Positions 7,058 through 15,236 of a stretch of DNA of 18,268 nucleotides are shown here, in pieces. Source of the stretch: a virus; UHGV virus genome UHGV-0201843. The stretch is one strand, 5' to 3'. The notes under the pieces are model-generated. The model worked only from the letters and a program-made list of their open reading frames with translations, was not told where the DNA came from and ran no database searches. Position 1 is the first letter of the stretch; every line of letters begins with the position of its first letter. Position numbers and translations under genes: made by a program.

Positions 7058-7070
7058 TAGCGTCTTTTTT
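7043..7070. terminator. Bidirectional rho-independent terminator between the convergent early (+) and late (-) operons, overlapping the polymerase stop codon
   Basis: Perfect 8-bp stem gacgctac / gtagcgtc with loop atcata (contains the polymerase TAG). Followed by TTTTTT (7065-7070) on the plus strand and preceded by an A-run (tataaaaaat, 7033-7042) that gives a U-run for the minus-strand transcript. Confidence 0.65.
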
Positions 7071-7163
7071 CGAGGTATAGTGACATGTTTCGCCTGTCTA
7101 CGGATTATGTTTTGTTGTTTATTTACTAGAATGTTCTAGCATACTTATATTATAGCATAAAAT

Positions 7164-8582
7164 TTATTTAATACCACTAAAGAACATAATATTATCTCCT
7201 GCATTTTCCGGTACACCATCAATCAGTGCATATTCAACAACACGACTAGGCGCCCAATAAGGTGGTACGTTATAGTTAGCTGTTAAAAATGAACCATCTT
7301 TAAATACTGCTACAACAACACCTGTATGTCCGACACCCGGTAACATCGCTTGTAGGTAATTAGGTTTACTACTGAATCCATAGCCAACTGTTGGTCGGTG
7401 TGTCACACGTGCGCCTTGATTACGATATACCACCCAAACACGTTGACCGTTTGTGACTTGATTATCCCATGCAGGTTGTCTTTTACCCCATATTTGGTGC
7501 ATATAAGCCCATGTCAATTCTGTACATTGTCCAGTATCACCTGTATTAACAAATGGACTACCTGCTAAATATTTTGGATCAAATTTAGGTACTTCAATGG
7601 CATCTTTATACTTTTGTGGTAAATTGGAATAAGTCCAGTTACCACCTATTTTTCTTCCACTTTTTCCATTAGGCGCAACGGATTTACCAGCTTTTCCACC
7701 ATGATCACCATCACTATCATCAGCACCCGTATCATTTCCACTACCTCCATCAATTCTTGATATTAAGTCTTTCATTTCATCAAGTAATTTTTGATTCATA
7801 TTTAAACGATACGTGTTATTATATGTTTTGGTGATAGTGAACATTTGATTTGAAAAAAATTTATCAGTACCAATAGAGTGCAAATCCCACTGCATACTGT
7901 CTTGTAATTTTTTGAGAAATTCTTCAAAGGCACGTGCCACAACATCAAGCCCACCACTAGGACTACTAGAACTACTTGAACCACTACTTGATCCTCCTTT
8001 ACCGTCTATTTTACCACCCCAACCCAAAATGGTATTTGCTGCGTCTAAAAATGGATTACCGTAAGTTTGAACTCTATTATAACTTGCTTGTAATCCCTCA
8101 GGATAATAAGCAGCCCAAGTTGCAGCAGCTGTTAATGGTATATAAGCACGTCCTACTTTTCCATTTTTCATATTATGTGAAAAGTCATAATTTCCTTTCG
8201 CTTTTACACTAGCAGGAACAAAGTCAACTGGATTTCCTTGGTCTATCCAACTTGGCGTACCTGCTTGACGTGATTGTGAAACAAGTTTACGTGCCACAAA
8301 TTGTGCATCGGTTAAATAATTTCCCTGTGGTGATGTATGATTTAACCAACCCCAACTACCATTATATCCCTCATTTTTTTCATATGCTGCAAAAAGAGCA
8401 GGTGAAACTCCAATGCTTTTAACTGCATTAAGGACTTGCTTAATTTTAGTTGAACTATTTCCACACCATGCAGAAAATCGACCTATACCCTTAACTTTTC
8501 CGACTAAATCATCAACACTTAATCCAAAATCATCATTTAAATTGGAATGTATAAACTTATCAATTTTTTCTTTATCATTCAT
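7164..8582 (-). CDS. Virion-associated (tail-tip) peptidoglycan hydrolase, about 472 aa: N-terminal putative glycosidase-like domain, Gly/Ser-rich linkers, C-terminal CHAP domain
   Basis: ATG at 8582 preceded by GAGGGTG. The track start 8606 is an upstream GTG. CHAP signature Cys in DTGQCTELTWAY and His in GVGHTGVVVAV. Linkers GGKIDGKGGSSSGSSSSSSPSGG and GGSGNDTGADDSDGDHGG. Last gene of the late operon, as for the phi29 gp13-type tail lysin. Confidence 0.7.
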   Translation of the reverse strand: MNDKEKIDKFIHSNLNDDFGLSVDDLVGKVKGIGRFSAWCGNSSTKIKQVLNAVKSIGVSPALFAAYEKNEGYNGSWGWLNHTSPQGNYLTDAQFVARKLVSQSRQAGTPSWIDQGNPVDFVPASVKAKGNYDFSHNMKNGKVGRAYIPLTAAATWAAYYPEGLQASYNRVQTYGNPFLDAANTILGWGGKIDGKGGSSSGSSSSSSPSGGLDVVARAFEEFLKKLQDSMQWDLHSIGTDKFFSNQMFTITKTYNNTYRLNMNQKLLDEMKDLISRIDGGSGNDTGADDSDGDHGGKAGKSVAPNGKSGRKIGGNWTYSNLPQKYKDAIEVPKFDPKYLAGSPFVNTGDTGQCTELTWAYMHQIWGKRQPAWDNQVTNGQRVWVVYRNQGARVTHRPTVGYGFSSKPNYLQAMLPGVGHTGVVVAVFKDGSFLTANYNVPPYWAPSRVVEYALIDGVPENAGDNIMFFSGIK

Positions 8583-8985
8583 CTTTTCCACCCTCTTTTT
8601 TTCCACGTATCACTTTTAATTTTTCACCTATTTCATCTGGAATAAGAACCCCCATTTCTGCACAGTTTTCAATAATAGATAATCCCTCATTAGCAATATA
8701 GAAAAAGATTGTTACCATTAATAATCCATTATTTAAGTTTAAAATTTGATCGATAATATTTGCTAAAATAATAATACAGAAAACAAGTATTTTACGACCG
8801 AATCCATACATTGATTTTCTACTCCATAAATTTTTATTTTTAAAACCTTTTGCTAAACCTGTAATAATATCAACACACATTAATATCATTAAAAAATAGA
8901 GTAATTTTAAATCACCTGCATAGATAAATGTATGAAAAATATCTGTTTGTGTGTATTGTACATTGATTTCACCTTTTTGTTCCAT
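8575..8985 (-). CDS. Holin (3-TM, phage_holin_4_1/LL-H-like), 136 aa
   Basis: Three hydrophobic segments (LLYFLMILMCVDIITGL, ILVFCIIILANIIDQIL, LLMVTIFFYIANEGLSII) and a charged C-terminal tail KKEGGKDE. Stop overlaps the start of the downstream hydrolase gene. Confidence 0.7.
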   Translation of the reverse strand: MEQKGEINVQYTQTDIFHTFIYAGDLKLLYFLMILMCVDIITGLAKGFKNKNLWSRKSMYGFGRKILVFCIIILANIIDQILNLNNGLLMVTIFFYIANEGLSIIENCAEMGVLIPDEIGEKLKVIRGKKEGGKDE

Positions 8986-8993
8986 TAAATATC

Positions 8994-10760
8994 CTACTTT
9001 CTAAATTTATTTTTAAATACATTTTGTGCCATTGGATTATTTGAACCATCATTGTGCCAAAATCTTACACCCGTTTCAAGTAATACTTTTAACTGTTCTA
9101 AAAGCATTGGATCAATACCATCAATGGTATATGTACCTCTCATTCTTAAATAATTGCATACCGTCCATGAATCAATTGGAAACGGTGTGCCTGCTTGATC
9201 GTTGGTTTCAAAACCTAACATAAAATAATAACGTTGGATATTATCCATATCAAATGGTGCGGGTACACCAATTTTCATAGTTAATCCATTAATACTATTT
9301 GCGATTTGGAAAGCATTTCCCATTTCTGAACTTGTTACTGTTGGTGGTTGTAATGCTAAATCCTTATATTCTGCTCGTAATTCTTTATAGTAATTATATT
9401 CATCATTAAATTTTGAAAATAATGCCGTTGGTGAAAGATTTGATCCAATGCTTACAGCATCATAAAATCTTGATTTTAAATCATTACCATTGACAACATT
9501 ATTGATTCTATTTGAAATTAAATTACTTTGTGCATTTTTTTGTTTATTAGCTTGTTGTGATTGAGCAAGTAATCCATTATCAATCAAAATAGGTACTTCA
9601 GCAAAGCTATCAAATGTAATAGCTGTATTTAAGAATGAACCTGTATCTATTAATATTGAATTATCACTTGCTTTGATTGGTTTTTCATTAGGTGCACTGT
9701 TATAATCTACTGGATAAATACGTACCTCGTTATGATATCCAATAATAGATTTTGTTTTTAATTTAACACCTGTTCTTTCTGTTATTTTTCCTGCATCAAG
9801 TAGTAAACTGTCACCATTCCATGAATATATTTCAATCGTTAAATATTCATTTCTAACTAAATGTTTTAATTCATCTTGATTACTATTTAACATATATTGC
9901 AATCGTTCAAATGGTACACGTAATTCTTTTAATTCCCACTCATTAGATAATTTATCATTTTTAAGTGTCATTAATCCTTTTATATCTTCTTGTGTTTTGA
10001 CTGCTTCTAAATCATCTTTATTAATAAATGTTGCAGGTATTAATATGATTTTTTGAAAGTTTTGTGTAATCCATGGATATTTACTCATTTTATCCATAAA
10101 GTTATTAAAATCCTCACGATTCATGACATATAAATTAACTGGACTTGTAATGTAATCGTAAGTAATTCCTTTTGAAGATTCTAAGTTTGGTTCTTTTTTA
10201 GTACCAAATTTTTTAGATAAATCAGCACTTGATTGGAATAAAACAAGATTACCACCAAACTGTTCAAGATAATTATTCAGATAGTATTTGTTACTGGCTT
10301 TAATAACATCATCATTATTTCTCAGTGATGGTAACAAATAATTATAGACCTCACGTGGTAAATGTTGACGTTCAACAAAAGCATTTTGAACAGTAGATAA
10401 TACATTGCCCTGTGTGTAAGTCATGACTGTATCAATGACTAAATACATACGCGTCACATGATCATTGACATATTCAATTTGATTGACAAACGCGTAATAA
10501 CGTCTATTTTCAAAATCAGATTTAAATGTACAATAATTGATACCCTGTGCGTCTTGCCATGACATTTGTTCAAGATTCACCATATTTCTATCACGTATAA
10601 AATTAAATGGTATATTTTTGTAATCAATCGCATAAAAGTGATTTTCATTTAAAAAATAATGATCACGTGCAGCATTTGATGGAAAGTGAATTGTATTCTG
10701 ATAATCTGTCATTGGTGTATTATAGAAAAATTTAAAATGTGTTAATTTTCTATCTGCCAT
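8994..10760 (-). CDS. Tail knob (distal tail tube) protein, phi29 gp9-like, 588 aa
   Basis: AGGAGG RBS 7 nt upstream of ATG at 10760. Size and position match the gp9 tail knob of phi29-like phages. Assignment is by synteny and size, not by motif. Confidence 0.55.
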   Translation of the reverse strand: MADRKLTHFKFFYNTPMTDYQNTIHFPSNAARDHYFLNENHFYAIDYKNIPFNFIRDRNMVNLEQMSWQDAQGINYCTFKSDFENRRYYAFVNQIEYVNDHVTRMYLVIDTVMTYTQGNVLSTVQNAFVERQHLPREVYNYLLPSLRNNDDVIKASNKYYLNNYLEQFGGNLVLFQSSADLSKKFGTKKEPNLESSKGITYDYITSPVNLYVMNREDFNNFMDKMSKYPWITQNFQKIILIPATFINKDDLEAVKTQEDIKGLMTLKNDKLSNEWELKELRVPFERLQYMLNSNQDELKHLVRNEYLTIEIYSWNGDSLLLDAGKITERTGVKLKTKSIIGYHNEVRIYPVDYNSAPNEKPIKASDNSILIDTGSFLNTAITFDSFAEVPILIDNGLLAQSQQANKQKNAQSNLISNRINNVVNGNDLKSRFYDAVSIGSNLSPTALFSKFNDEYNYYKELRAEYKDLALQPPTVTSSEMGNAFQIANSINGLTMKIGVPAPFDMDNIQRYYFMLGFETNDQAGTPFPIDSWTVCNYLRMRGTYTIDGIDPMLLEQLKVLLETGVRFWHNDGSNNPMAQNVFKNKFRK

Positions 10761-10778
10761 TTCTTATCCTCCTTATAT

Positions 10779-10810
10779 GTAAAAAATAGACACGCTTTCA
10801 CGTGTCTATT
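10779..10810 (-). terminator. Rho-independent terminator on the minus strand between the coiled-coil fibre gene and the tail knob gene
   Basis: Perfect 10-bp stem aatagacacg / cgtgtctatt (10785-10794 / 10801-10810), 6-nt loop. On the minus strand it is followed by TTTTTT (plus 10779-10784 aaaaaa). Confidence 0.55.
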
Positions 10811-10820
10811 ATATCATAAT

Positions 10821-11618
10821 TTAGTCTATAAATACTGTATTAATTGGACACCATTCATCGCCCGTTGGTGAATCATTTGTTGTACCCTCTAAGACAATAT
10901 CTCCCTCACGTTTAATTGTGATTCTCATAAAGTTGATTGACCCACTTTTTTTAGATGTATTTTGTACATAATAATGTGGATTTGACAACTCACCACTGAT
11001 AGGAATTTTACCAACTGTGTTATTGTCACCTTTATATCCATTGACTGCACCACGTAAAGCAATAGTTCTAATTCCTTTTACAGTTGTTATTCTATATTGT
11101 GGTGGATCAGTATGTGGTGTTAATCCACTACCAGTGATGTTAATATTTTTCCAACCTGTATCTGTAATATTAATTTCATTGATTTTATTCGTATTCGATT
11201 GAATTTTTTCATTTGTTTCGTTTGTTGTTTCGTCAATCTTTTCTGATAACGTTTTTTGTTCTTGTTTCAATTCATCGATATTAATTGAATCAATTTTTTG
11301 TTCATTATCATAGATACGTTTTTCATTATCTGATAGTTTTTCTTGAACTTCTTGTACTTCATCTGGTAAAAATTCAACCTTTTTTATTTTTTCTTCATTA
11401 TTATAAATACGTTGTTCGTTATCTGATAATTTTTCTTGAACTTCTTGAACTTCATCTTGTAATGGTTCGATACTTTCTAAATGAAGAAAACCATTTTTTG
11501 TGTAAATGTAAACATCACCATCAACGGTTGAACATATATCATTTTCGTCAAGAAGATTTGTATTAAAATTTTGTAGGTTATAAATATCTTTGACACTTCT
11601 TACAAATTTACTTGCCAT
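10821..11618 (-). CDS. Coiled-coil fibre-like structural protein (about 265 aa) with internal 31-aa tandem repeat and C-terminal beta-rich knob domain
   Basis: GGAGG RBS then ATG at 11618 (MASKFVRS...), overlapping the amidase stop by 11 nt. The track ORF extends to 11684 inside the amidase gene. Heptad-like repeats LxDEVQEVQEKLSDNExRIYxNExKI occur twice. The C-terminus is Gly/Thr/Asn-rich and beta-like. Confidence 0.6.
   Translation of the reverse strand: MASKFVRSVKDIYNLQNFNTNLLDENDICSTVDGDVYIYTKNGFLHLESIEPLQDEVQEVQEKLSDNEQRIYNNEEKIKKVEFLPDEVQEVQEKLSDNEKRIYDNEQKIDSINIDELKQEQKTLSEKIDETTNETNEKIQSNTNKINEINITDTGWKNINITGSGLTPHTDPPQYRITTVKGIRTIALRGAVNGYKGDNNTVGKIPISGELSNPHYYVQNTSKKSGSINFMRITIKREGDIVLEGTTNDSPTGDEWCPINTVFID
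11292..11462. repeat. Imperfect 93-nt tandem duplication inside the coiled-coil fibre gene
   Basis: Two DNA copies (about 11292-11369 and 11385-11462) encode LPDEVQEVQEKLSDNEKRIYDNEQKI and LQDEVQEVQEKLSDNEQRIYNNEEKI. Same reading frame, period 31 aa. Confidence 0.8.
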
Positions 11619-12507
11619 GCTTTTCAACCTCCAATTTTCCCCAAAGATTTTTTTCATTTTTAATTTTTTCTTGTTTATCTTCAATATGACCTATTGGCAT
11701 ATAGAAATATTTATCGCTTGAACCTTTTTTAGCGTATTTAAACTTAATCCACCATAATTTTGCTTGTTTATCTTTTATGATTTGATAAAACGGTACATAT
11801 TCATTAGGTTGTATATATGAATCTTTATCAACCTCTTTTGCAGTCATACCATAATCATATCTAGGAACAATCGGTAATGTATTTGTTTTATGAGCAGTAA
11901 ATGTACCACGCCAATTATATTTAACGTATTTATTTTCACTCACTTGTGGTTTATCAGGTGTTTTTCCACCGTTTGCATAATGTTTAATACGAGAGATAAA
12001 GTAATCAATCAATTTTAATTGGTTTGCTCTTGTATTTGGTGCATTAACCCCTATGTGTATATCCCAACTACGATGAGGACAAGACGTTGAAAAGTATTCA
12101 CGATGTAGGTGAACCGTATTACGATTAATTGGTAAATTGTATGATTTCATCACATCGGCAACAACTTTAAAAGTAGCTTCTTCATTTTTCATAAATGTTT
12201 CATCAGATATATGATTTGGATAACTTTCACAGACTTCAAAACCAATTAAATGTTGGTTTGCGTATTGATTTCCACAATGCCACTCAACAAAATTTGTAGG
12301 GTGATACCATAAAACCTCATTACGATTGATATAAACTGAAGCCCAACCCTGTGTATACGTACCATTTTGTTCACGTGTATATAACCAGTTTAAATATTGG
12401 CTAGGTGTCATTGAACCGTAATCATTATGAATGACTACGCCATCAATACTAGGTTTTTGACCTGTCAACTTTTGACCTTTAATGTGATTTGAATAAATGT
12501 TTTTCAT
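11608..12507 (-). CDS. Endolysin: N-acetylmuramoyl-L-alanine amidase (Amidase_2/PGRP type) with C-terminal SH3-like cell-wall-binding domain, 299 aa
   Basis: AGGAGG RBS 7 nt before ATG at 12507. Zinc-amidase motifs: His in GVVIHNDYG, and H...E...CP in HLHREYFSTSCPHRS. C-terminal approximately 90 aa is Trp/Tyr/Lys-rich and SH3b-like. Confidence 0.75.
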   Translation of the reverse strand: MKNIYSNHIKGQKLTGQKPSIDGVVIHNDYGSMTPSQYLNWLYTREQNGTYTQGWASVYINRNEVLWYHPTNFVEWHCGNQYANQHLIGFEVCESYPNHISDETFMKNEEATFKVVADVMKSYNLPINRNTVHLHREYFSTSCPHRSWDIHIGVNAPNTRANQLKLIDYFISRIKHYANGGKTPDKPQVSENKYVKYNWRGTFTAHKTNTLPIVPRYDYGMTAKEVDKDSYIQPNEYVPFYQIIKDKQAKLWWIKFKYAKKGSSDKYFYMPIGHIEDKQEKIKNEKNLWGKLEVEKHGK

Positions 12508-12543
12508 TATAATACCTCCTTAAAATTTAAGGATAGGCAAAGC

Positions 12544-14373
12544 CTACCCTAGAATAATCAACCCTTTACTTGATAATGTTTGAGGGTCAACATTGGTAGA
12601 ATATCCATGGTCTTTATCTGTAAATATCCTACTACCATTATACACGTTATAAACTGTTTTGTTACTAGATATGTTAGAACCAAAACAAGTAATTTCACCA
12701 CCACGTGTTGCATAAACGGGTTCATTTTTAGTACCTGAAATATTTGACGCTTCGGCGAACACTTTAGACGCATAAGCTAAAATACCAAAATCACCACTAC
12801 CTTTAATTGTGATTCTATCTGCAAATATTTGACCACCACGTGTGGCTTCAATACCGTTACGACCTGCACGTTCAATCACTGCTTCATTAATAGAAATCAC
12901 TGAACCATATGCCAATACGTTATCATCTTTTGAACGTGATACTTTCGCACCATATGCAGCGACATATCCACCACGTGTGGCTTCTAATCCACGACGACCA
13001 TTTCCATCACAATTAATCAATTGACAATACACATCACCTGCATAAGCAAGTACGCCATTACGTTTATTTCCATTCGTTGTTGATAATCTTGCTTGAACTG
13101 TTGAACCATGTGTACATTGGATTCCGTCAAGTCCGTTTTCATTTGCATTACCACTTGTGAAATCCACTTTTGAATTGTTACTTGCTATGACACCATGCCA
13201 TTTATTACGTGAAGCTGTAGCTTTAGTAGCATCAATTGAACAACCTCTATTTGCCATAATACCACTTGCACCACAACCATTAGCAATCCCTTGATCAAAG
13301 TTAATATTTGATGAACGGGTAGCAATGACACCGTATGTTGTTTGTGAATTTGAGCAATCAGAATATCTTAAATCAATATCACTTGAGGCGTAACTAACAA
13401 CGTTATCATCAATAGTATCAGTGATTTTACAGTTTCTAGCACTGGCTTGTGAACCTGTGGTTACCATTAAACCATGATGACCGTTGAAACGTGCTTCAGT
13501 ATAATCTATATAACCACTTGCACCATGTGAGAAATGAATACCAATCTCACCACAACGATTGACTGTCATGTAATTGGCTGTGAGTGATGAGTTAAATATT
13601 CTTATTCCATCACCATACATATTTTGTTGATTGTTAAATTCTTCTAATTGTTCACGATTACCATTGTAGGAAAAATCACAATAGTTGGCCCCTATATGTG
13701 AACCATTGACACCACATAAACCAATAAAATTAAAGTGTGTTGACCCACCACGTTCAGTCATTTCAAACGTTGTATTATCCATTAAGAAACCACAGTTAAT
13801 ACTATCTGAAAAATCTTTGTTTTGAAGTTTAAAATCAATTTTAGGGAATGTTGAATTAATTCCATAAAATAATGGTTTTACTCTAAAAATTGGATTTGTT
13901 TTTATTTCAACTTGACGATTTAATTCAGTTTCATAGGCTTCTACAATATCATTTTCTGATGTAATCGTAATATGATTATAACGTTTATCACGTAAGAATA
14001 ATTGTTCGCCCATCTTGTAATCTTTAAGTAAAATCACACGTATAGATTTTGGTTGTACAATTAAATCTTCAATATGTTCAAAACAATGATTCAATGTATC
14101 AAAGTCACCTTTTTGTCCGACTGTATAAGTCACATCAGTATTTGATAATGTTAAAGCGTCGTATGTTTCTTTCATTTTTTGTATATCATCTGCTAAACCA
14201 TTGACAAAATCACATAATTCAAAAATAAAACCATTGAAACGTGCTAAGTAATCATAATATGATTTTGAATTGGTATTGTAATCTGCATTGTCTGTATAAA
14301 ATGGTAATCGTGACACACCACGTCTATATCCGTATTCATTATTGTAGTTGATTCGACCGTTATTAATATACAT
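12544..14373 (-). CDS. Tail fibre / appendage (receptor-binding) protein with beta-helix (pectate-lyase-like) repeats, 609 aa
   Basis: GGAGG RBS 7 nt before ATG at 14373. Gly/Asn/Ser-rich beta-solenoid-like repeats (NGSHIGANYCDFSYNGN, GIHFSHGASGYIDY, NGHHGLMVTTGSQ). Position between lower collar and lysis genes as for the phi29 gp12 or P68 fibre. Confidence 0.6.
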   Translation of the reverse strand: MYINNGRINYNNEYGYRRGVSRLPFYTDNADYNTNSKSYYDYLARFNGFIFELCDFVNGLADDIQKMKETYDALTLSNTDVTYTVGQKGDFDTLNHCFEHIEDLIVQPKSIRVILLKDYKMGEQLFLRDKRYNHITITSENDIVEAYETELNRQVEIKTNPIFRVKPLFYGINSTFPKIDFKLQNKDFSDSINCGFLMDNTTFEMTERGGSTHFNFIGLCGVNGSHIGANYCDFSYNGNREQLEEFNNQQNMYGDGIRIFNSSLTANYMTVNRCGEIGIHFSHGASGYIDYTEARFNGHHGLMVTTGSQASARNCKITDTIDDNVVSYASSDIDLRYSDCSNSQTTYGVIATRSSNINFDQGIANGCGASGIMANRGCSIDATKATASRNKWHGVIASNNSKVDFTSGNANENGLDGIQCTHGSTVQARLSTTNGNKRNGVLAYAGDVYCQLINCDGNGRRGLEATRGGYVAAYGAKVSRSKDDNVLAYGSVISINEAVIERAGRNGIEATRGGQIFADRITIKGSGDFGILAYASKVFAEASNISGTKNEPVYATRGGEITCFGSNISSNKTVYNVYNGSRIFTDKDHGYSTNVDPQTLSSKGLIILG

Positions 14374-14384
14374 TGTTTATCCTC

Positions 14385-15236
14385 CTACCATATGTGTAAA
14401 AAACATTCTTTATCATATGTTTTAAATATTGTATCACGCATGGAATATAATTTTTGTAAGTTATCAATTAAGTATTGTTTTGTTAAACCTGTACGATTCA
14501 TTTCATTTTGTGACTCAGTATTACGTTTCGTATCACTTTCACCGTTTCTTAATGAATCAAACGTATTATCTTTTGTACCTGTTTTTTCTGATACTGTTTC
14601 ACTGGTATTTTTATCTCGTGAAATCGTGTTTGTGTCTGCATAATCAAGCACTGTATTATCTACATCAATATTCACTTGTGATTGTGGTAAAGTAGATTCA
14701 GCAGTACGGTTATCATCAAAACTTTTTGTAATTGTATCTTCATAATCTTTATATTCTTCATGACCTTTGTCTTGTTGTCTATCTTTCGTTTGACCTTGTT
14801 CAATGGCATTTTCTAATGCTTTGCCAATATCCGTTGACTGTGTGTCAGTCATTTGTTCAATATATTTATACATATCTGAACCATAGACACGATATATATA
14901 TTCTTCATGTGTCATGGTGATGTATAATACTTGACTTGCAAAGGATTCTACTGTTTGACGACCTATTTCACGATATAAAAAACGCAATGTGAAACTTTCT
15001 TTAAAATATCGGTCAATCCGTTCATCATTAAACATGAAACCTTTAAAAAACATATTATCAACAATTTGTTTGACATCATCATCAAAATACAACATCTTTT
15101 GCATAAACGCATGTTTTGAATCGTTAAAGTGGATTCTATCATTATTAACAAATTCATTTAACCCTAAACGTTGTAATTCACTTTCAATGATTTCATATAA
15201 CGTTGTTGTGTGTTTACTCAACTTTTCCACCACCAA
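14385..15236 (-). CDS. Lower collar protein (putative), about 280 aa. Start codon uncertain: TTG/GTG cluster at 15236-15219
   Basis: Size and synteny (downstream of portal). No ATG and no clear SD. Start overlaps the portal C-terminus (GGTGGTGGAAAAGTTG), which suggests translational coupling. Polar low-complexity C-terminal region. Confidence 0.5.
   Translation of the reverse strand: MVVEKLSKHTTTLYEIIESELQRLGLNEFVNNDRIHFNDSKHAFMQKMLYFDDDVKQIVDNMFFKGFMFNDERIDRYFKESFTLRFLYREIGRQTVESFASQVLYITMTHEEYIYRVYGSDMYKYIEQMTDTQSTDIGKALENAIEQGQTKDRQQDKGHEEYKDYEDTITKSFDDNRTAESTLPQSQVNIDVDNTVLDYADTNTISRDKNTSETVSEKTGTKDNTFDSLRNGESDTKRNTESQNEMNRTGLTKQYLIDNLQKLYSMRDTIFKTYDKECFLHIW

Noticed and set aside
7802-8619. 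ORFs 7802-7984 (-), 7976-8212 (+), 8413-8619 (+) overlapping the tail-lysin gene
   Set aside because: Alternative-frame or antisense ORFs within a long gene that has recognisable CHAP motifs. No translation signals.
9026-9223. Plus-strand ORF within the tail knob gene
   Set aside because: Antisense to a 588-aa ORF that has a consensus RBS. No RBS of its own.
11017-11566. Plus-strand ORFs 11017-11202 and 11285-11566 opposite the fibre-like gene
   Set aside because: The second is simply the antisense reading of the tandem repeat (hence its own repetitive HLV... translation). No signals. Treated as a by-product of the repeat.
12558-13024. ORFs 12558-12773 (-) and 12842-13024 (+) within the tail fibre gene
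   Set aside because: Alternative-frame or antisense. The fibre ORF is long, has a perfect RBS and a beta-helix-like repeat composition.
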